From contig OZ024740.1 of NCBI GenBank assembly GCA_964016885.1, positions 248,806,001-248,870,000 on the forward strand: a stretch of 64,000 nucleotides of DNA. The letters are read 5' to 3'. Positions 1 to 11,805 of the stretch are shown here, one piece after another (within the stretch, counting starts at the first letter, position 1; every line of letters starts with the position of its first letter). Source of the DNA: Eledone cirrhosa (taxonomy: Eukaryota). Below the pieces are notes generated by a model that was not told the origin of the DNA, did no database searches, and was given only the letters and a program-made list of their open reading frames with translations. A program made the position numbers and the translations under genes.

Positions 1-1685
1 CTTGCATTGTCCATTCTATCATTCTTGTAGTTTTTGTCCTAAGTCAGTCATGACAGTGCAGACTTATGATCACGTCGTTTTTGCTTATCAAGATCTACAC
101 TGTCCAACGTATGTCTTTATCTGTGGGAGATTTTGCTACTATTTCTAACAGGTCGAACGACCACGTAGGGGCTTCCAGTTGTTTCGCCCTAGCTAGGCCT
201 GTTCGAGCAAAACTATCATTAAAAGCGTTTCAATCGTGACTTCCACATCTTTTCTATACCAGGAGCTACATTGTACAACGTATCTTTCAAGACGTGATTT
301 GAGGGAGATTGGACTACTATTTCTAGCAGATTGTGCGCTGACATTGAAGATCCCTCGTTGACAGGCGTTTGTTCAGTGACGCTCTAGTTTTAACTATAAT
401 AGGTCATACAAGCATAAAAATGCATAACGAAGGGGAGTTACAGAAATAGGATATTGGTGTTTTCATGTCTGTCCTAATAGTTAATATTTGCCACAGGGAC
501 AGCAAAATATACATAAAGATAAAAAGTTTCGAACAATTAAATCTTCTATATGGGTGTTCTGAACAACAACTACACAAGTAGCCTGTGTATGTGTATATGT
601 GAGTGTGTGTGTAGAATAGATGTATGTGTATGTCAATTTCTGTGGTATGCAGCAGTGTTTATAAGATGCATATGTGTATAAAATATGCGTGCCTGAGTGT
701 AGTAATGTTTATAACATGTATGAGTATAGGTATTCATGCATGTGTGTGAATCTATTTATACATGTGTATACAATATTCATGTATGTGTGAATGGCTTCAT
801 GTATGTATGTAAATGTATATGCATGCATGTGTATGTACAGTATATAGGTATTTCTTAATGCAACACGAAGTGCTAAGTGAGGATGGAACGATATATATAT
901 ATATATATATAGACGGTATAATATATGTAACTAGCAAAAAAGCAAATATACAAACCAGTTTGTTTATTGCTTTCTTTCACGTCAAACACAAAGACTTGGT
1001 CGCTTTTCGTTGTTGTAGTTGTTCAAGATGTATTTTGTTGTGATATTTTCGTTCCGAGATCGGAAATACAGAAGAAAAAAAGAAGAAAACTAATAACTGA
1101 TTTAAAAAATTATAATAATTTCTCTTATAATAATTTGTGTAGAGATGTAAAAAAAAATTAATAATAGTGAGAAATTTATTCCCGCCGACAACACCCGTCA
1201 GTTGGGATTACTCCCAGTCCGATGGGGCAAGAAATATATTTAGAAAACGGCGACTTAACAAAACAGACATAGTGTGCGCAAGATTGAAATGAAATCTCGT
1301 CAAGAGGAAACGTGAACTAAAACGATATTTAGGCACAAATTCTGAGTTCGGAAACAATTTTAAAATTCATAATTATCGTAATAATTTTTTTAAAGTAAAG
1401 ACTATATTTATATGTGATGCGAAAAATAAAACGAGACGGCCAATGTCTTTTTTCTTTTTTTTTTTTGTTAACAAGCTACATAAGTGACGTGATTTCTTTC
1501 TTCTAACGGGAAGCGAAACCCTGCTCGATTTTTTTTACAGCTCATTGGCAGCTTAAAAAGTATTTCGCTTTAAAGTACTGCAAGATACGAATTATAACGT
1601 TACTAACCGGCCAACTTAGAAGCGAAGGACATTTATTGGTTTAGCAAATCTATATAATGATTTTTTTTATCATTACCTACAGTCA

Positions 1686-2040
1686 GGGCGGCGGATAGGC
1701 AGTATCGGTAGAGGGTTGGACGCCATAGTTTGCAACATAGAGTTACGGTCCTTTATGATCTGAGTTCAAATCCTACCGAGGTTAACTTTGCCTTTCATCC
1801 TTGCAGGGTCGATGAATTAAAGTACCAGTTACGCACTGGGGTCGATTTAATCGACTTTCCCCCTCCCCAAAAATTGCGCCTATTTAAGAAACCATTAATA
1901 CCTACAGTCTGTGTGTGTATATTTATATACATTTTGGTCAGTTAACTTTGTCTTTCATCCTCACGGGGGTCGATAAAATAAAGCACTAGTAATGCACTGG
2001 GGTAATTGCTGGCTTTGTGCCAAAAGTAGAAATAATTATT
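1686..2040 (+). mobile_element. tRNA-derived SINE (family A): one diverged copy plus a 3' partial copy at about 1940-2040
   Basis: A-box-like GGCAGTATCGG, B-box-like GAGTTCAAATCC and body GCCTTTCATCC..GGGGTCGAT..AAGTACCAG, matching copies at 22715, 23688, 48541 and 63278. Confidence 0.8.
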
Positions 2041-2072
2041 AGTACAGATTAAAGAATTTTTTGATTTCAGCC

Positions 2073-2806
2073 TGCAACGGAATTCTTCTGTGTTTTATCT
2101 GGCGAAGATTCGAAATTGAATCTAAAATTTCTCGCCTCTAAAACCACCTATTGTTAGGTTTTCTTACCATTGTCCTGTCAAAAGACAACTATAATAAACG
2201 AATATACCACTTGACCTGTGACCCCAGGCACTTGAGAGACGATAGACACATGGCCCCTATTTCAAAAACCATATACACATCCTTCTAGCTATAGTATTCT
2301 TATAAATACAATCGGTTCGAGAATCAAACCAGGGATAGGGATTGACTCAGACGACAGAAGAACAGTTCTATTAACGCTATAGATTCCCTTCACTAAATCA
2401 GTCTTCTACCTACTATCCTCTCACATTTCATACAAGCTCGACAGATTGACCACTTCTACAGAAACCACGTATGCTAAGGATTAACACACATACACATGCA
2501 ATAGGTTTCCTTCTATTGTTCCCTCCTACACTTTATCTATCCTTTTGACTTCCTGCCATTTCTCTACTACTGTAAAGTATAACACAACTACTGTATCGTT
2601 TTCTTTGATACATGCATTCACGCTAGCTCGAAGTAGCTAGTAAGACAATTAATGTAGTGATAATTACTGTCACGATTTTATTACTCAATATTCGATGTAC
2701 CAACAAGTGAATTTTATTATTATAAAATAAACGTCGTCAACAACATCACAATTCTTCATCATTCTTTTTATCATTCATCCTGCAAAGAATACATCTATTC
2801 ACTACA
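2073..2806 (+). repeat. 5' LTR of gypsy element 1 (about 734 bp)
   Basis: Starts TGCAACGGAATTC (TGTAACGG in the copy ending at 34227) and ends ATTCACTACA; near-identical to the reverse complement of 33523-34227. Confidence 0.9.
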
Positions 2807-2845
2807 TAATGGTGATCCCCATGACTACATAATGGTGACCTCGAG
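2807..2845 (+). promoter_or_regulatory. Primer-binding site (TGGTGACC type, tRNA-Trp-like), locally duplicated
   Basis: ACTACATAATGGTGA occurs twice (2801 and 2824), giving TGGTGATCCCC and TGGTGACCTCG right after the LTR. Confidence 0.75.
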
Positions 2846-2965
2846 CTAAAGTAACACAGCCTTCACTTCAACTGTCGACGCTTACGAATCACATTCTTCG
2901 CTTCATTGCAAAACATCACCATACCATCGATGTCTCTAACGCACAACGACTCATCCACTATAGAT

Positions 2966-4562
2966 ATGGCAGTTCAAGCAGCGATTGCATTAAGAATATC
3001 ACCACTCTGGGTACACGACCCAGTCCTGTAGTTCGCGCATATAGAAGCTCAGTTTGCGTCGAACTGAATTGTCAGCGAGGCAGCTCGTCTAACTCACGTC
3101 ATTGTTTAGTTGTCTCCGGAGATCATGAACATTGTCCAAGACCTGATTTTGGCACCAACTGGCTCTGTGGCATATGACACATTCAAAGCAAATCTAATTA
3201 AGCAGACGTCGAAGTCGCAGCAAAAGCGCCTACACCAGCTCCTTATAGCGGAAGAATTAGGAGATAAAAAGCCGACGCAACTCCTACTGCGAATGAAGCA
3301 GCTTCTGGGAGAACATACCTTCCCAGATGAAATTTTTAAACAACTCTTCCTCCAGCGTTTGCCTTCTGCCATACAAGTTGTTCTAGCATCTACCAGAGAA
3401 TCCACCTCCATTGAGAAACTTGGTGAGCTGGCGGATAAAATCATGGAAGTACCACATTCTCACTCAACCTTAACTAATGTGATGCCAGCCGTTCCTCCCA
3501 CCAATTCTTTCTTTCAGTCCCCCAATGCCACAGAGATGCCCGAATTCCGCTCTTTACTGTCACAGCAGCAAGCAACACAAATACAGGCCCTGACGCAACA
3601 AATTCAGGCCTTGTCACTAGGTAACCCTTCCACGCACCGATCTAGTAGTCGAACTCGTCGAATCGGAGGTCGTTCCAGAAGTCCGAGTGCATCCCGTCAT
3701 TCGCCAGCAATGTGTTGGTACCACCGTCCATTCGGAAAGCGGGCGCAGAAATCCCTGACACTGAATTTAGGACTACGCTGTACTTTCCAGTGGGTATTCG
3801 TTGTAGCTAAGCTACCGGCCCCTATTTTAGGAGCCGATTTTCTTCATCACTTCTCTCTCCTAGTGGAGCTAAAACATCAACGACTCATTGACGCCTTTAC
3901 GGGTCTCACTGTGCGCGGCATAGCCACTCGGACAGCCACAGCCAGTCCAGTTATTTTACAATTGTCAACGACAACCCGGCACAGCTCTATACTCAAGGAA
4001 TACTCAGACGTAGCTCGACCAGTATTTAACACCTGCCCTGTAAACACGGCATCATCCACCACATCAAACCTCATGCCCACCTGTCGCTGTCCGACCTCGA
4101 AGGCTACCACCAGACCGTCTTAAGGCCATCAAACGGGAATTTCAACACATGCTGGACCTCGGAATCATACGCCCGTCCAGCAGCAACTGGTCCTCACCCA
4201 TGCACTGTGTCCCCAAGAAGTCATTGAACGACTAGCGAATCTATGGTGACTACCGAGCACTGAACAACTGCACCGTACCTGACTCATATCCAGAGCCTCA
4301 TCTGCAGGACTGCTATAGCTCGCTGCACGGAGCTCGCATATTTTCGAAAATCGATCTTGTGCGAGCTTATAATCAAATCCCTGTAGAAGCCGCAGATATT
4401 CCGAAGACCGCCGTCACAACACCCTTTGGAATGTTCGAATTCCTGCGTATGCCTTTTGGTTTATGCAACGCAGCGCAGACATTCCAACGCTTCATCGATA
4501 CAGTTACCAGTGGTCTGCCTTTCGTATTTGCATACATCGACGACTTACTCGTGACCAGCTTA
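2966..4562 (+). pseudogene. Degenerate gag-pol of gypsy element 1
   Basis: Gag motifs (F..IEAQF, LGDKKPTQLL, CWYH..FG..A), protease C-terminal half (PILGADFL) and RT ([37 protein letters not shown]); stops and frameshifts present. Confidence 0.92.
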
Positions 4563-4860
4563 CTCTAAAACCACCTATTGTTAGGTTTTCTTACCATTGT
4601 CCTGTCAAAAGACAACTATGATAAACGTATATACCATTTGACCTGTGACCCCATACACTTGAGAGACGATAGACACATGGCCCCTATTTCAAAAACCATA
4701 TACACATCCTTCTAGCTACAGTATTCTTATAAATACAATCGCTTCGAGAACCGAACCAGGGATAGGGATTGACTCAGACGACAGAAGAACAGTTCTATTA
4801 ACGCTATAGATTCCCTTCACTAAATCAGTCTTCTACCTACTATCCTCTCACATTTCATAC
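4563..4860 (+). repeat. Truncated 3' LTR of gypsy element 1
   Basis: Near-identical to 2136-2433. Confidence 0.9.
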
Positions 4861-5010
4861 GGGATGTTTGTTTACAAACACACCGAGCATTATAATAAAT
4901 GTTCGGTGAATCCATACGTGCATATATATATGTGTGCATGTATGTATATATGTGTATACATACTACTGTACGTCGGTATACATATATGTATGTACGTGTA
5001 CATACTTATA
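4857..5010 (+). repeat. Fragment of the 420-bp HHR repeat unit (part without the HHR)
   Basis: ATACGGGATGTTTGTTTACAAACAC...GTACATACTTATA matches 21773-21920. Confidence 0.85.
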
Positions 5011-5061
5011 TTATATGATAGTTATAGGAATAACCAAAGAGTGCTTAGAAATACATTGTTT

Positions 5062-5116
5062 TATTAGCTAAGAGTGTTTCATCCATACCCCATGGCAGGA
5101 ATCATCAGAGCCTATA
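5062..5116 (-). ncRNA. Degenerate type I hammerhead ribozyme (PLE pseudo-LTR remnant)
   Basis: Minus strand GGCT-CTGATGA-TTCC..TGGAT-GAAAC-ACTCTT-AGCT then AATAAA; the cleavage triplet is damaged. Confidence 0.45.
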
Positions 5117-5410
5117 AACAAGAGTATATCAATGTGTCTGGGCATATTGATATATTTGTCAACGAAACTATATATATGATAAAAAGTTGACAGGACTAAC
5201 ATAAGTTCCACTGCTAATACCGGTTGCATCTCAGAGTGTGTGTTATTTCTTCAAAACACACGTAAATGGATGCCATATATCTATTCTCGTACTTCAGTTT
5301 CGGCTACACTTAATGCAGCAAAAGAGCACACAGCATCCACTGCCTGCATTTATTATGCAACAATGGTATTATCAGACATTGAAAAGAACCATAACGAGTA
5401 TAATTAATAG

Positions 5411-5494
<84 letters not shown>

Positions 5495-5539
5495 CAATGT
5501 TACATGGCAGTGAGACATGGGCATTGCGTGCAGAGGATC

Positions 5540-5720
5540 TGTTGTCCCTTGTTTTTCTGGGTCTACCTACTCCGTAGGTAGACCCAGAAAAACATGGGAC
5601 AACATGATAAAATTTGACCTTGCACACTTACACCTCTCTAAGACAAGGTCACTGGATCGAGATCTTTGGCGCCTCGCAGTAATACAGAAGACTCGCCTTC
5701 CCTACGTACAAAGTTAACCT
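5540..5720 (+). mobile_element. RTE-type LINE 3' fragment with an inverted 5' piece (65-bp hairpin)
   Basis: Translation GRPRKTW...DRDLWR is typical of RTE C-termini; 5540-5570 is the reverse complement of 5574-5604 with one mismatch. Confidence 0.6.
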
Positions 5721-5859
5721 ACAATCAGTAGGCACCTCTTAACCCAATATACACCCCTACCTACGCCATCTTCCCACTCCAACAAACACCATCCTTTCTC
5801 TGTAAAGTTATGTTGGTACCACAACATCCAGTCCAAACTCAAGAGGTCGTGTAGGTGTC

Positions 5860-6110
5860 ACGACAAAAAAGCACACAGTCCACGCTGTAAAGTGTTCGTG
5901 TAGGAAACACGGTTAAAAGGCTCCCAGTCCACACTGTAAATGTGGTTGGTGTTAGGAAGGGCATCCAGCCATAGAAAACCTGCTAGATAGATTCCTATAC
6001 AAGCGAGACACGGTCACCCGATCAATCTTGCCTCAAGTGGGACAATTCCCGTCTAACCCATGCTAGCGTGGACAATAGACATTAAACAATGATGATGTTG
6101 ATGATGATGG
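5860..6110 (+). mobile_element. SINE family B, 3' part with (ATG)n tail
   Basis: GTTAGGAAGGGCATCCAGC..TAGAAA motif and GATGATG tail; the same motif is reversed in the copy at 32308-32625. Confidence 0.7.
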
Positions 6111-6294
6111 TGCTATTAATTATACTATCCATGGTTCTTTTCAATGTTGTGATAATACCTTACTGGCGCCAGGTAATTATTTAACCCATAAATGGGGCTC
6201 CTATATATATAGGTACTACTACTATATATATATATATATATACATGGAGAAGTAAAATACAGGAGAACAGACCGTTAAAACATGTTTATTTAAA

Positions 6295-6340
6295 ATACCA
6301 CCTACGTACGTTTCGCCCGAATGGGCTTCTCAAGGGCATA
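6295..6340 (-). ncRNA. Type I hammerhead, U3-A8 core variant, in an inverted PLE pseudo-LTR
   Basis: Minus strand TGCCC-TTGAGAA-GCCC ATTC GGGC-GAAAC-GTAC-GTA-GGTGGTA, followed by AATAAA. Confidence 0.7.
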
Positions 6341-6451
6341 ATAACTAAAAAGCGTTCCTTACATGACCCGGAATGGGATTTTAGAGATAAGTTCACGTCA
6401 GAGTTAATTCTTCGTAAAAAAACATGTTTTAATTTTGCAGTAGGTCATAGA

Positions 6452-7129
6452 TTGGCCACCGAGTTGCCTGATAAAGCGACCCTGAAGTTCATCCAGTTTG
6501 ACATAGATAGTTACTGCGCCTATATCTCCCCCATACTCTTAAATAAGGCACTCATATTAGCTAAATCTAACACTAGCCTCACTAAAAAAAAAATAGACAT
6601 AGTTCTAGCGGCGCGTAGAACCATTATCCAGTTCGAAGGCTCCCACTGGACCAGAACCAACCGTCCTGATAACTTCGATATCATGATGGGGTCCAGCGAC
6701 TCGGCGCAAGCGACCGACCTGGTCGGAATATACCTCCTCCATAAGCTTAGGGACAAGATACGGGCCCCACAAGGAGGTGTATATAGGGACGACGCCCTGT
6801 TTACCGTTAGGAACCATAGCCCTCGTAGAATAGAGAACCTTAACAAGCACATACACAGGTTCTTCAAGTCATACGGCCTATCCGTAACTATAGACCTCAA
6901 CCACCAGGTTGTCAACTTCCTGGAGTTGAGTACGGGCCTATACAAGCCATACCATAAGCCTGGAGAGAGCCTTTCTTATATTAATTATGCCTCTAACCAC
7001 CCTAAGCAAACTCTCAACTCCATTGTCTATAGCATCTCACATGGGATCTCGAGGCTCTCCGCCAATGAGGATATCTTCTACCATAATATATACCAACTAT
7101 ATAATGCAGACCAAGCAACCACATGGTAA
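6452..7129 (+). pseudogene. Penelope-like (Naiad-like) reverse transcriptase fragment
   Basis: FIQFDI, FDIMMGS.DSAQ..DLVG.YLL, GVYRDD, Y.PYHKP and YINYASNHP; homologous to the ORF at 60320-61150. Confidence 0.88.
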
Positions 7130-7849
7130 CACCCACATCAGCAAGTCCTGGAGGACCCCAATGAAGATAATCGGACAAATGGAAACATTCAGGTGCCAAA
7201 CTAAATGCTTTAGATTCCCCTGAATCTGGAAGCTTCTGCTGAACATACAATGGGGATCCCAGTGGTTCTGAACCCCTCTTTATAGAAAAATGTTCTCCAT
7301 CCCCCTAAATCTAAAATTACTGCTAGAGATGGAATTAATATTTCAATAACTCTGAATCTTCTTTGTGGCAAAAAAAACAAGGTCAATGTTGATTTCTTCT
7401 AAGAAAAAACGCCAAGATAGATATTTTTAGAAGCACCCCTCCCCCTCCCGGTCAATTCTAAGGTCACCCAGCCTTTCAAACCAATCCCAGCCAAACCTTG
7501 CATCCACTATTCAAAGAGTCCCACATAGCAGTCTGCAGCCACAACCCCCCACACCACCACCACCCCTATCTCCTTCTCCCCCCCCCCCCCCCTGCTTCTA
7601 CCCTCTCCAGTCACAACAAAGCCATTAGCAGAGTAGGATGGACTGACAAAATGACTTTCTTCTCTGAAGGACCATGTATATGAAAATTAAATTTTCTTCC
7701 CCTTTTTACATATTTCTTTTTTTTTTGTTATTATCATTATTTTCACTATTTGTACAAATATGCAGCTTAACAATATTCTGCATATCCGCAATTGACAATG
7801 CATTTAATGCTGAAAACGGTATCGTAAATAAATTAATGCTTTCCAGAGT

Positions 7850-8040
7850 AAAGAGAAGACGAGGGGGGCCAGGAGGGCAGGAGAAGGAGTTAAATATTCT
7901 AAGGGTATTGGTATCGTGGATGTGGGCGGAGAGGTTGACGACTAACGGGGCGGGGATGGTGTCTAAGTATTCGGAAATGATTTCAGTGCGGCAGTTGCAC
8001 GTGGAAACGATAGAACGGCTGGGATTATTTTGTTTGTGTA
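7850..8040 (-). pseudogene. Penelope-like (Neptune-like) RT N-terminal fragment
   Basis: HKQNNPSRSIVSTCNCRTEIISEYLDTI.APLV..L.AHIHDTN resembles the PLE HK..NPGRPIVS motif. Confidence 0.7.
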
Positions 8041-8191
8041 ATATATATATATACATATATGAAAAATATTGTTGTTGTTTTTTGTTTTTTAAACATAAAA
8101 ACTGGAAAGAAGTAGGTGGAGAAGTTAAAAGAGCTAAACATACAGTAATTTATTATAATAAACAGTACAAAAGGCTGTTTCATACTTCATT

Positions 8192-10705
8192 TTAAAATAA
8201 TCTGTGTGGCACCGATTCCTCGACCTGTCCCACCCGAGGGGACATGTTGTACCAGAGCACTACCTCCATTGGTGAGATATGGCCCCGCTCCGCCATTTCC
8301 TTGAACGTCCGGTGGTGTCGCTCCACAATTCCATTCCCCCTCGGCTTGTGCGCTGCTCTGAAGAAACGGTCCACCTTCCATCCATCGAGCATCTCCTTCA
8401 GCGCCTCCGAGCGGAACGCTGCGCTGTTGTCCATCAGCAGTTCGTTCACAGGGCCCCGCTCCAAGAACACCTCTCTCAACGTCCGCATGATTTCCTCGGC
8501 CGTTCCAGTCTTCATCTCGCCATCCGTTCCAGTCTTCCATATCGCCATCCGTCCTGGTCCATAGTCGACCATCGAGAGGTACGTTCCCTGTCGGTAGTGC
8601 GTTACATCCACCGCTAATCGCTTCCAGTCGCGATCCACCGGGAGGCTTCCCGTTTCGTGCACACCCGGGGCGGGATCAATGGACTGACATCGGACGCAGC
8701 CTCTAACCACCCTTTGAACACTGTGTCTGTTAACGTCCGAGTCGATTCTCCTGGCTAGGAACAGGCTCCTATCCACTCCCATGTGGTGCATGTCATGCAA
8801 CCCTTTCAGATCCGACTCGGTCAGCCGACACACGGCAGCTATCTCATCTTCTACCTCCTCCGGCGCTTCCATCCAGGCTTTCTTCACCCTAGTTAAGACG
8901 TCCGCCCCATTTTTCTCTGAGGGCACGAAAACTACGCTCAGCCTCAGGTCGAACTCGGTGGCCAGCTAACCTAAATTTCCCAGGCGGCGCTTCTATCAGC
9001 ATCTCCGCCGCCCCTCTCGTTCGCACTCTCTTCTCACTGGTGAGCACTGATCTCACCCATCCGAGTACAGTAGCCGAGTCGGTGCGTATCTCGATGGTGT
9101 GCAATCCCCACCCCAGGGCGAGGTTCACCCCTCTCAACACTGCGTCCAGTTCGGCCACACTGATGTGGTTGCAGTCGTCCTTCTTCCTAAGCCAGGCTGC
9201 ATCCTGACCTCAACACCCCCTATCTCCAACGTGACACCCAGCGCTATGCTGCTGGCATCGCACCATACGGTCCCGCTCTGCGATTTAGGAACATACCAGC
9301 GTCCCCGCACTGGGTCGTCGGCCTTCACCCTCCCCACGATCTCCTGCATCATGGCCACCGTCCTCTCTCCCAATCTGTCACTCCAAATCACCCCTCCCGC
9401 TCGTCTCTTGACATAGCTGCATGCCGTCCGGAGCCACCCAGCAATCGGGTAGTGACCCACCAACTTTCCACACACCGAGAAAAGCTCCGGCCTACTCATA
9501 CTTGGGCCCAGTTCTGGAACTTCATTTCCCCTCTGGAATACCAAGACGCCCGTCCTGTCTCGCCGTAGCCTAAGTCCCAGCGCGGCTCCTCCCACCAAAG
9601 CTTCTGACGGCTACGCAGCCAGTCCATACCCCTATAAATGGCTCGTGACCCCCGCCGCCGACACCAGACTCGTCCACTAGGATGTCGTCAACGTAGGAGT
9701 TAGTGGCCCTCTTCATCTTGTCGGCCTTTCGCAGAATGGTCTTGAGGACCGCCGCCATGATTTTCGGTGCGGAGCTCAGCCCGAAACCGAGCCTGGTCAG
9801 GCAATATGTCCGGCCCTTATACCTGACCAGCTGATACTGCCAGAGCTTCTCATCTATATGTAATTGCAAGTATGCCGACTTTAGATCTACGATTGCTGAA
9901 CCCCCCGTCACGCGTCTCCACTCACGCAGGGTTTCCCCACAGACATCCGTGACCTCGCCACTCGTGTGGCATGACACGTGCTCGTTCAGCTCCCGAAAAT
10001 CCAGCACCGGCCTCACCTTGTTCTTCGTGGGTTGCGCCACCGCCATTAACGGCAATACTCCGCACTTCACCTCCACTTTCCAGGGAAGCAGTATGCCCTC
10101 CTCAATCCATCTCTCTACCTCTCGCTCCTAATGTTTCCCTTCAATGTGTGTTGATAGCAGCCCACTTTGGTCTTCAGTGTTGGTGGTTCTCCCTTCCAGT
10201 ACCACTCAACAACCCATCGCTGCCCATCGAACACGGCCTTGAAGTCTTTGTCCTGCACAGTGTAAGCGGGGTATTTCTCCTCGTGGGCCTTCTGGTTCTC
10301 CTGTCGCGTACTCACAGCGCATACCGATGCAGCGCCGCCAAACGACACACCTACGTTGTTCACTGTGACGCCTCCTAGACGACCAATTGCGTCCATGCCC
10401 ATAACCACGCCGATCCCATCCACCACGTTGTCGACTACGATGGCAGAAATCCTTATTTTCCTTCCCCGTACCGCTATCTCCACCTCGCTACGACCTCGGC
10501 ATTCAAGTTTCCTGCCGTCGACTGCCCTTACGCTGCTCTTCCCTCTCCACCTCTGCGCCACCCCCGCGGTCACCAGTGTCGTCGTACAGCCCGTGTCCAC
10601 GAGGGCTCGCTGTGGCTTTCCCCTTACGAAGACTTCCACCACGGGCAGCGCCTCTACTCGTAAGGGGCAACTACTGGCGCAGTAGTTCCCCTTGGATCGT
10701 TTCCC
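8192..10705 (-). pseudogene. pol: Frameshifted pol (protease, RT, RNase H, integrase)
   Basis: ALVDTGC; VRPVLDFRELN, DLKSAYLQ, RLGFGL, YVDD; WCDAS, AELDA, IRTDS; HH..C..C zinc motif, VDVTH, MDN, GNGIVER. Confidence 0.92.
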
Positions 10706-11412
10706 TGGTCGCAGTTAGTAGCGATGTGGCCTGGTCGCTTACACCGGTAGCATATTATTTCCGGCCTTGACTCTCTACAGTCTCTAGCCATGTGCGGGCC
10801 CTGGCACCTAAAACAGCGACCTCTAAACGTTCGCAGGCGACCGCGTGCCGTGGTTGCCTCCCTTTCACCATTTCGCTGCCAGCTGTCTTGAGCCTCTGTA
10901 GTTGCTATCGTCGCGACACTCTTCTTGGCATCTTCTGCTATGATCCGGGCTTGTTCCACCAGTGAACACATTTCCATTTCTTTGTAACCCGGGACTTGCT
11001 GCAGTTTCACCGCTATGTCGTCTGGAAATCCATTTATGAACGCCAACCGCACCGTGCGTTCGCATTCCACTTGATATCCAGCCAACATGGCCAATCGCCG
11101 TATTTCCGCTGCGAAAATGTCTACGCGTTCACCGTTCCATCTAATTCTTGCCAGCTTAGCAAAAGCGGCTAACGGTCCCTCTGCGAACGCTTCCATCATG
11201 CGCCTCTCAATCTTTTGCGCATCTCTTTGGCTGTGTTCATCCAACTCAAGGAAGAGTACCAACGCGTCCCCCTCGGAGTACAGTGCCATGAGGCCAGCCA
11301 CATCTATCTGCTGTAAGCTTGCGACCAGCCGGACTTTTCGCAGCCAAGCGACAACATCGCCTTCACCGATAAATGCCTTAATCGCTTCACTAGTTCGTAG
11401 TCTCGTCGCCAT
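10654..11412 (-). CDS. gag: Gag with two zinc knuckles (open, 252 aa)
   Basis: CFRCQGPHMARDC and CYRCKRPGHIATNC knuckles in an uninterrupted ORF. Confidence 0.88.
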   Translation of the reverse strand: MATRLRTSEAIKAFIGEGDVVAWLRKVRLVASLQQIDVAGLMALYSEGDALVLFLELDEHSQRDAQKIERRMMEAFAEGPLAAFAKLARIRWNGERVDIFAAEIRRLAMLAGYQVECERTVRLAFINGFPDDIAVKLQQVPGYKEMEMCSLVEQARIIAEDAKKSVATIATTEAQDSWQRNGEREATTARGRLRTFRGRCFRCQGPHMARDCRESRPEIICYRCKRPGHIATNCDQGNDPRGTTAPVVAPYE

Positions 11413-11805
11413 ATCCTAATTTGTCTTGCGGTACGTGATAAAAAAAACAACAACAGACTCCTCTCTGTTTTTCCAGTAGCTTTGTTTTCGAGAAATTATT
11501 ATTATTTTTTTTTTTTTTTCAATCAGATCTCAGTTTCCAGTGCCGAAATAGCTTGTGGTTAGAAAAAGCTATCTCACTTACCGCTTTTCATAGGCGCCGC
11601 TAAATCCCATTGCTGGTTCCTCCTCTTCCACGTGCGTCCAACTCATTAACACCGGGAGCTGCCAAAACTCGCGTCCACACCGTTCCTGGTCACCACTAGA
11701 GAGAGGCCGATCTGCTGGCCCTTCCGATCGAGCACCCTTCCGGCCAAGCACTCTTCCGGTCAAGCACTCTTACGGTCGAGCACTCCCCAGCTTCCGGCCA
11801 TCGCA

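Larger units (their letters stand above)
2073..4860 (+). mobile_element. Ty3/gypsy LTR retrotransposon, internally deleted (no RNase H or integrase)
   Basis: 5' LTR 2073-2806 (TG..CA), PBS, gag/protease/RT remnants and a partial second LTR at 4563-4860. Confidence 0.92.
8192..11805 (-). mobile_element. Ty3/gypsy LTR retrotransposon 2 (3' end and most of the LTR missing)
   Basis: Domain order gag-PR-RT-RNase H-IN on the minus strand; PBS-like TGGTGACCAG at about 11686-11695; GC-rich relative to flanks. Confidence 0.92.

Noticed and set aside
90-360. Two diverged copies of a CTACA.TGT.CAACGTAT..GGGAGATT..CTACTATTTCTA motif
   Set aside because: Probably an old interspersed repeat, but too decayed to classify or bound.
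7255-7460. hAT-like terminus CAGTGGTTCTGAAC (similar CAGAGGTTCTCAAA near 33395)
   Set aside because: No matching opposite terminus or TSD was found, so it was not called.
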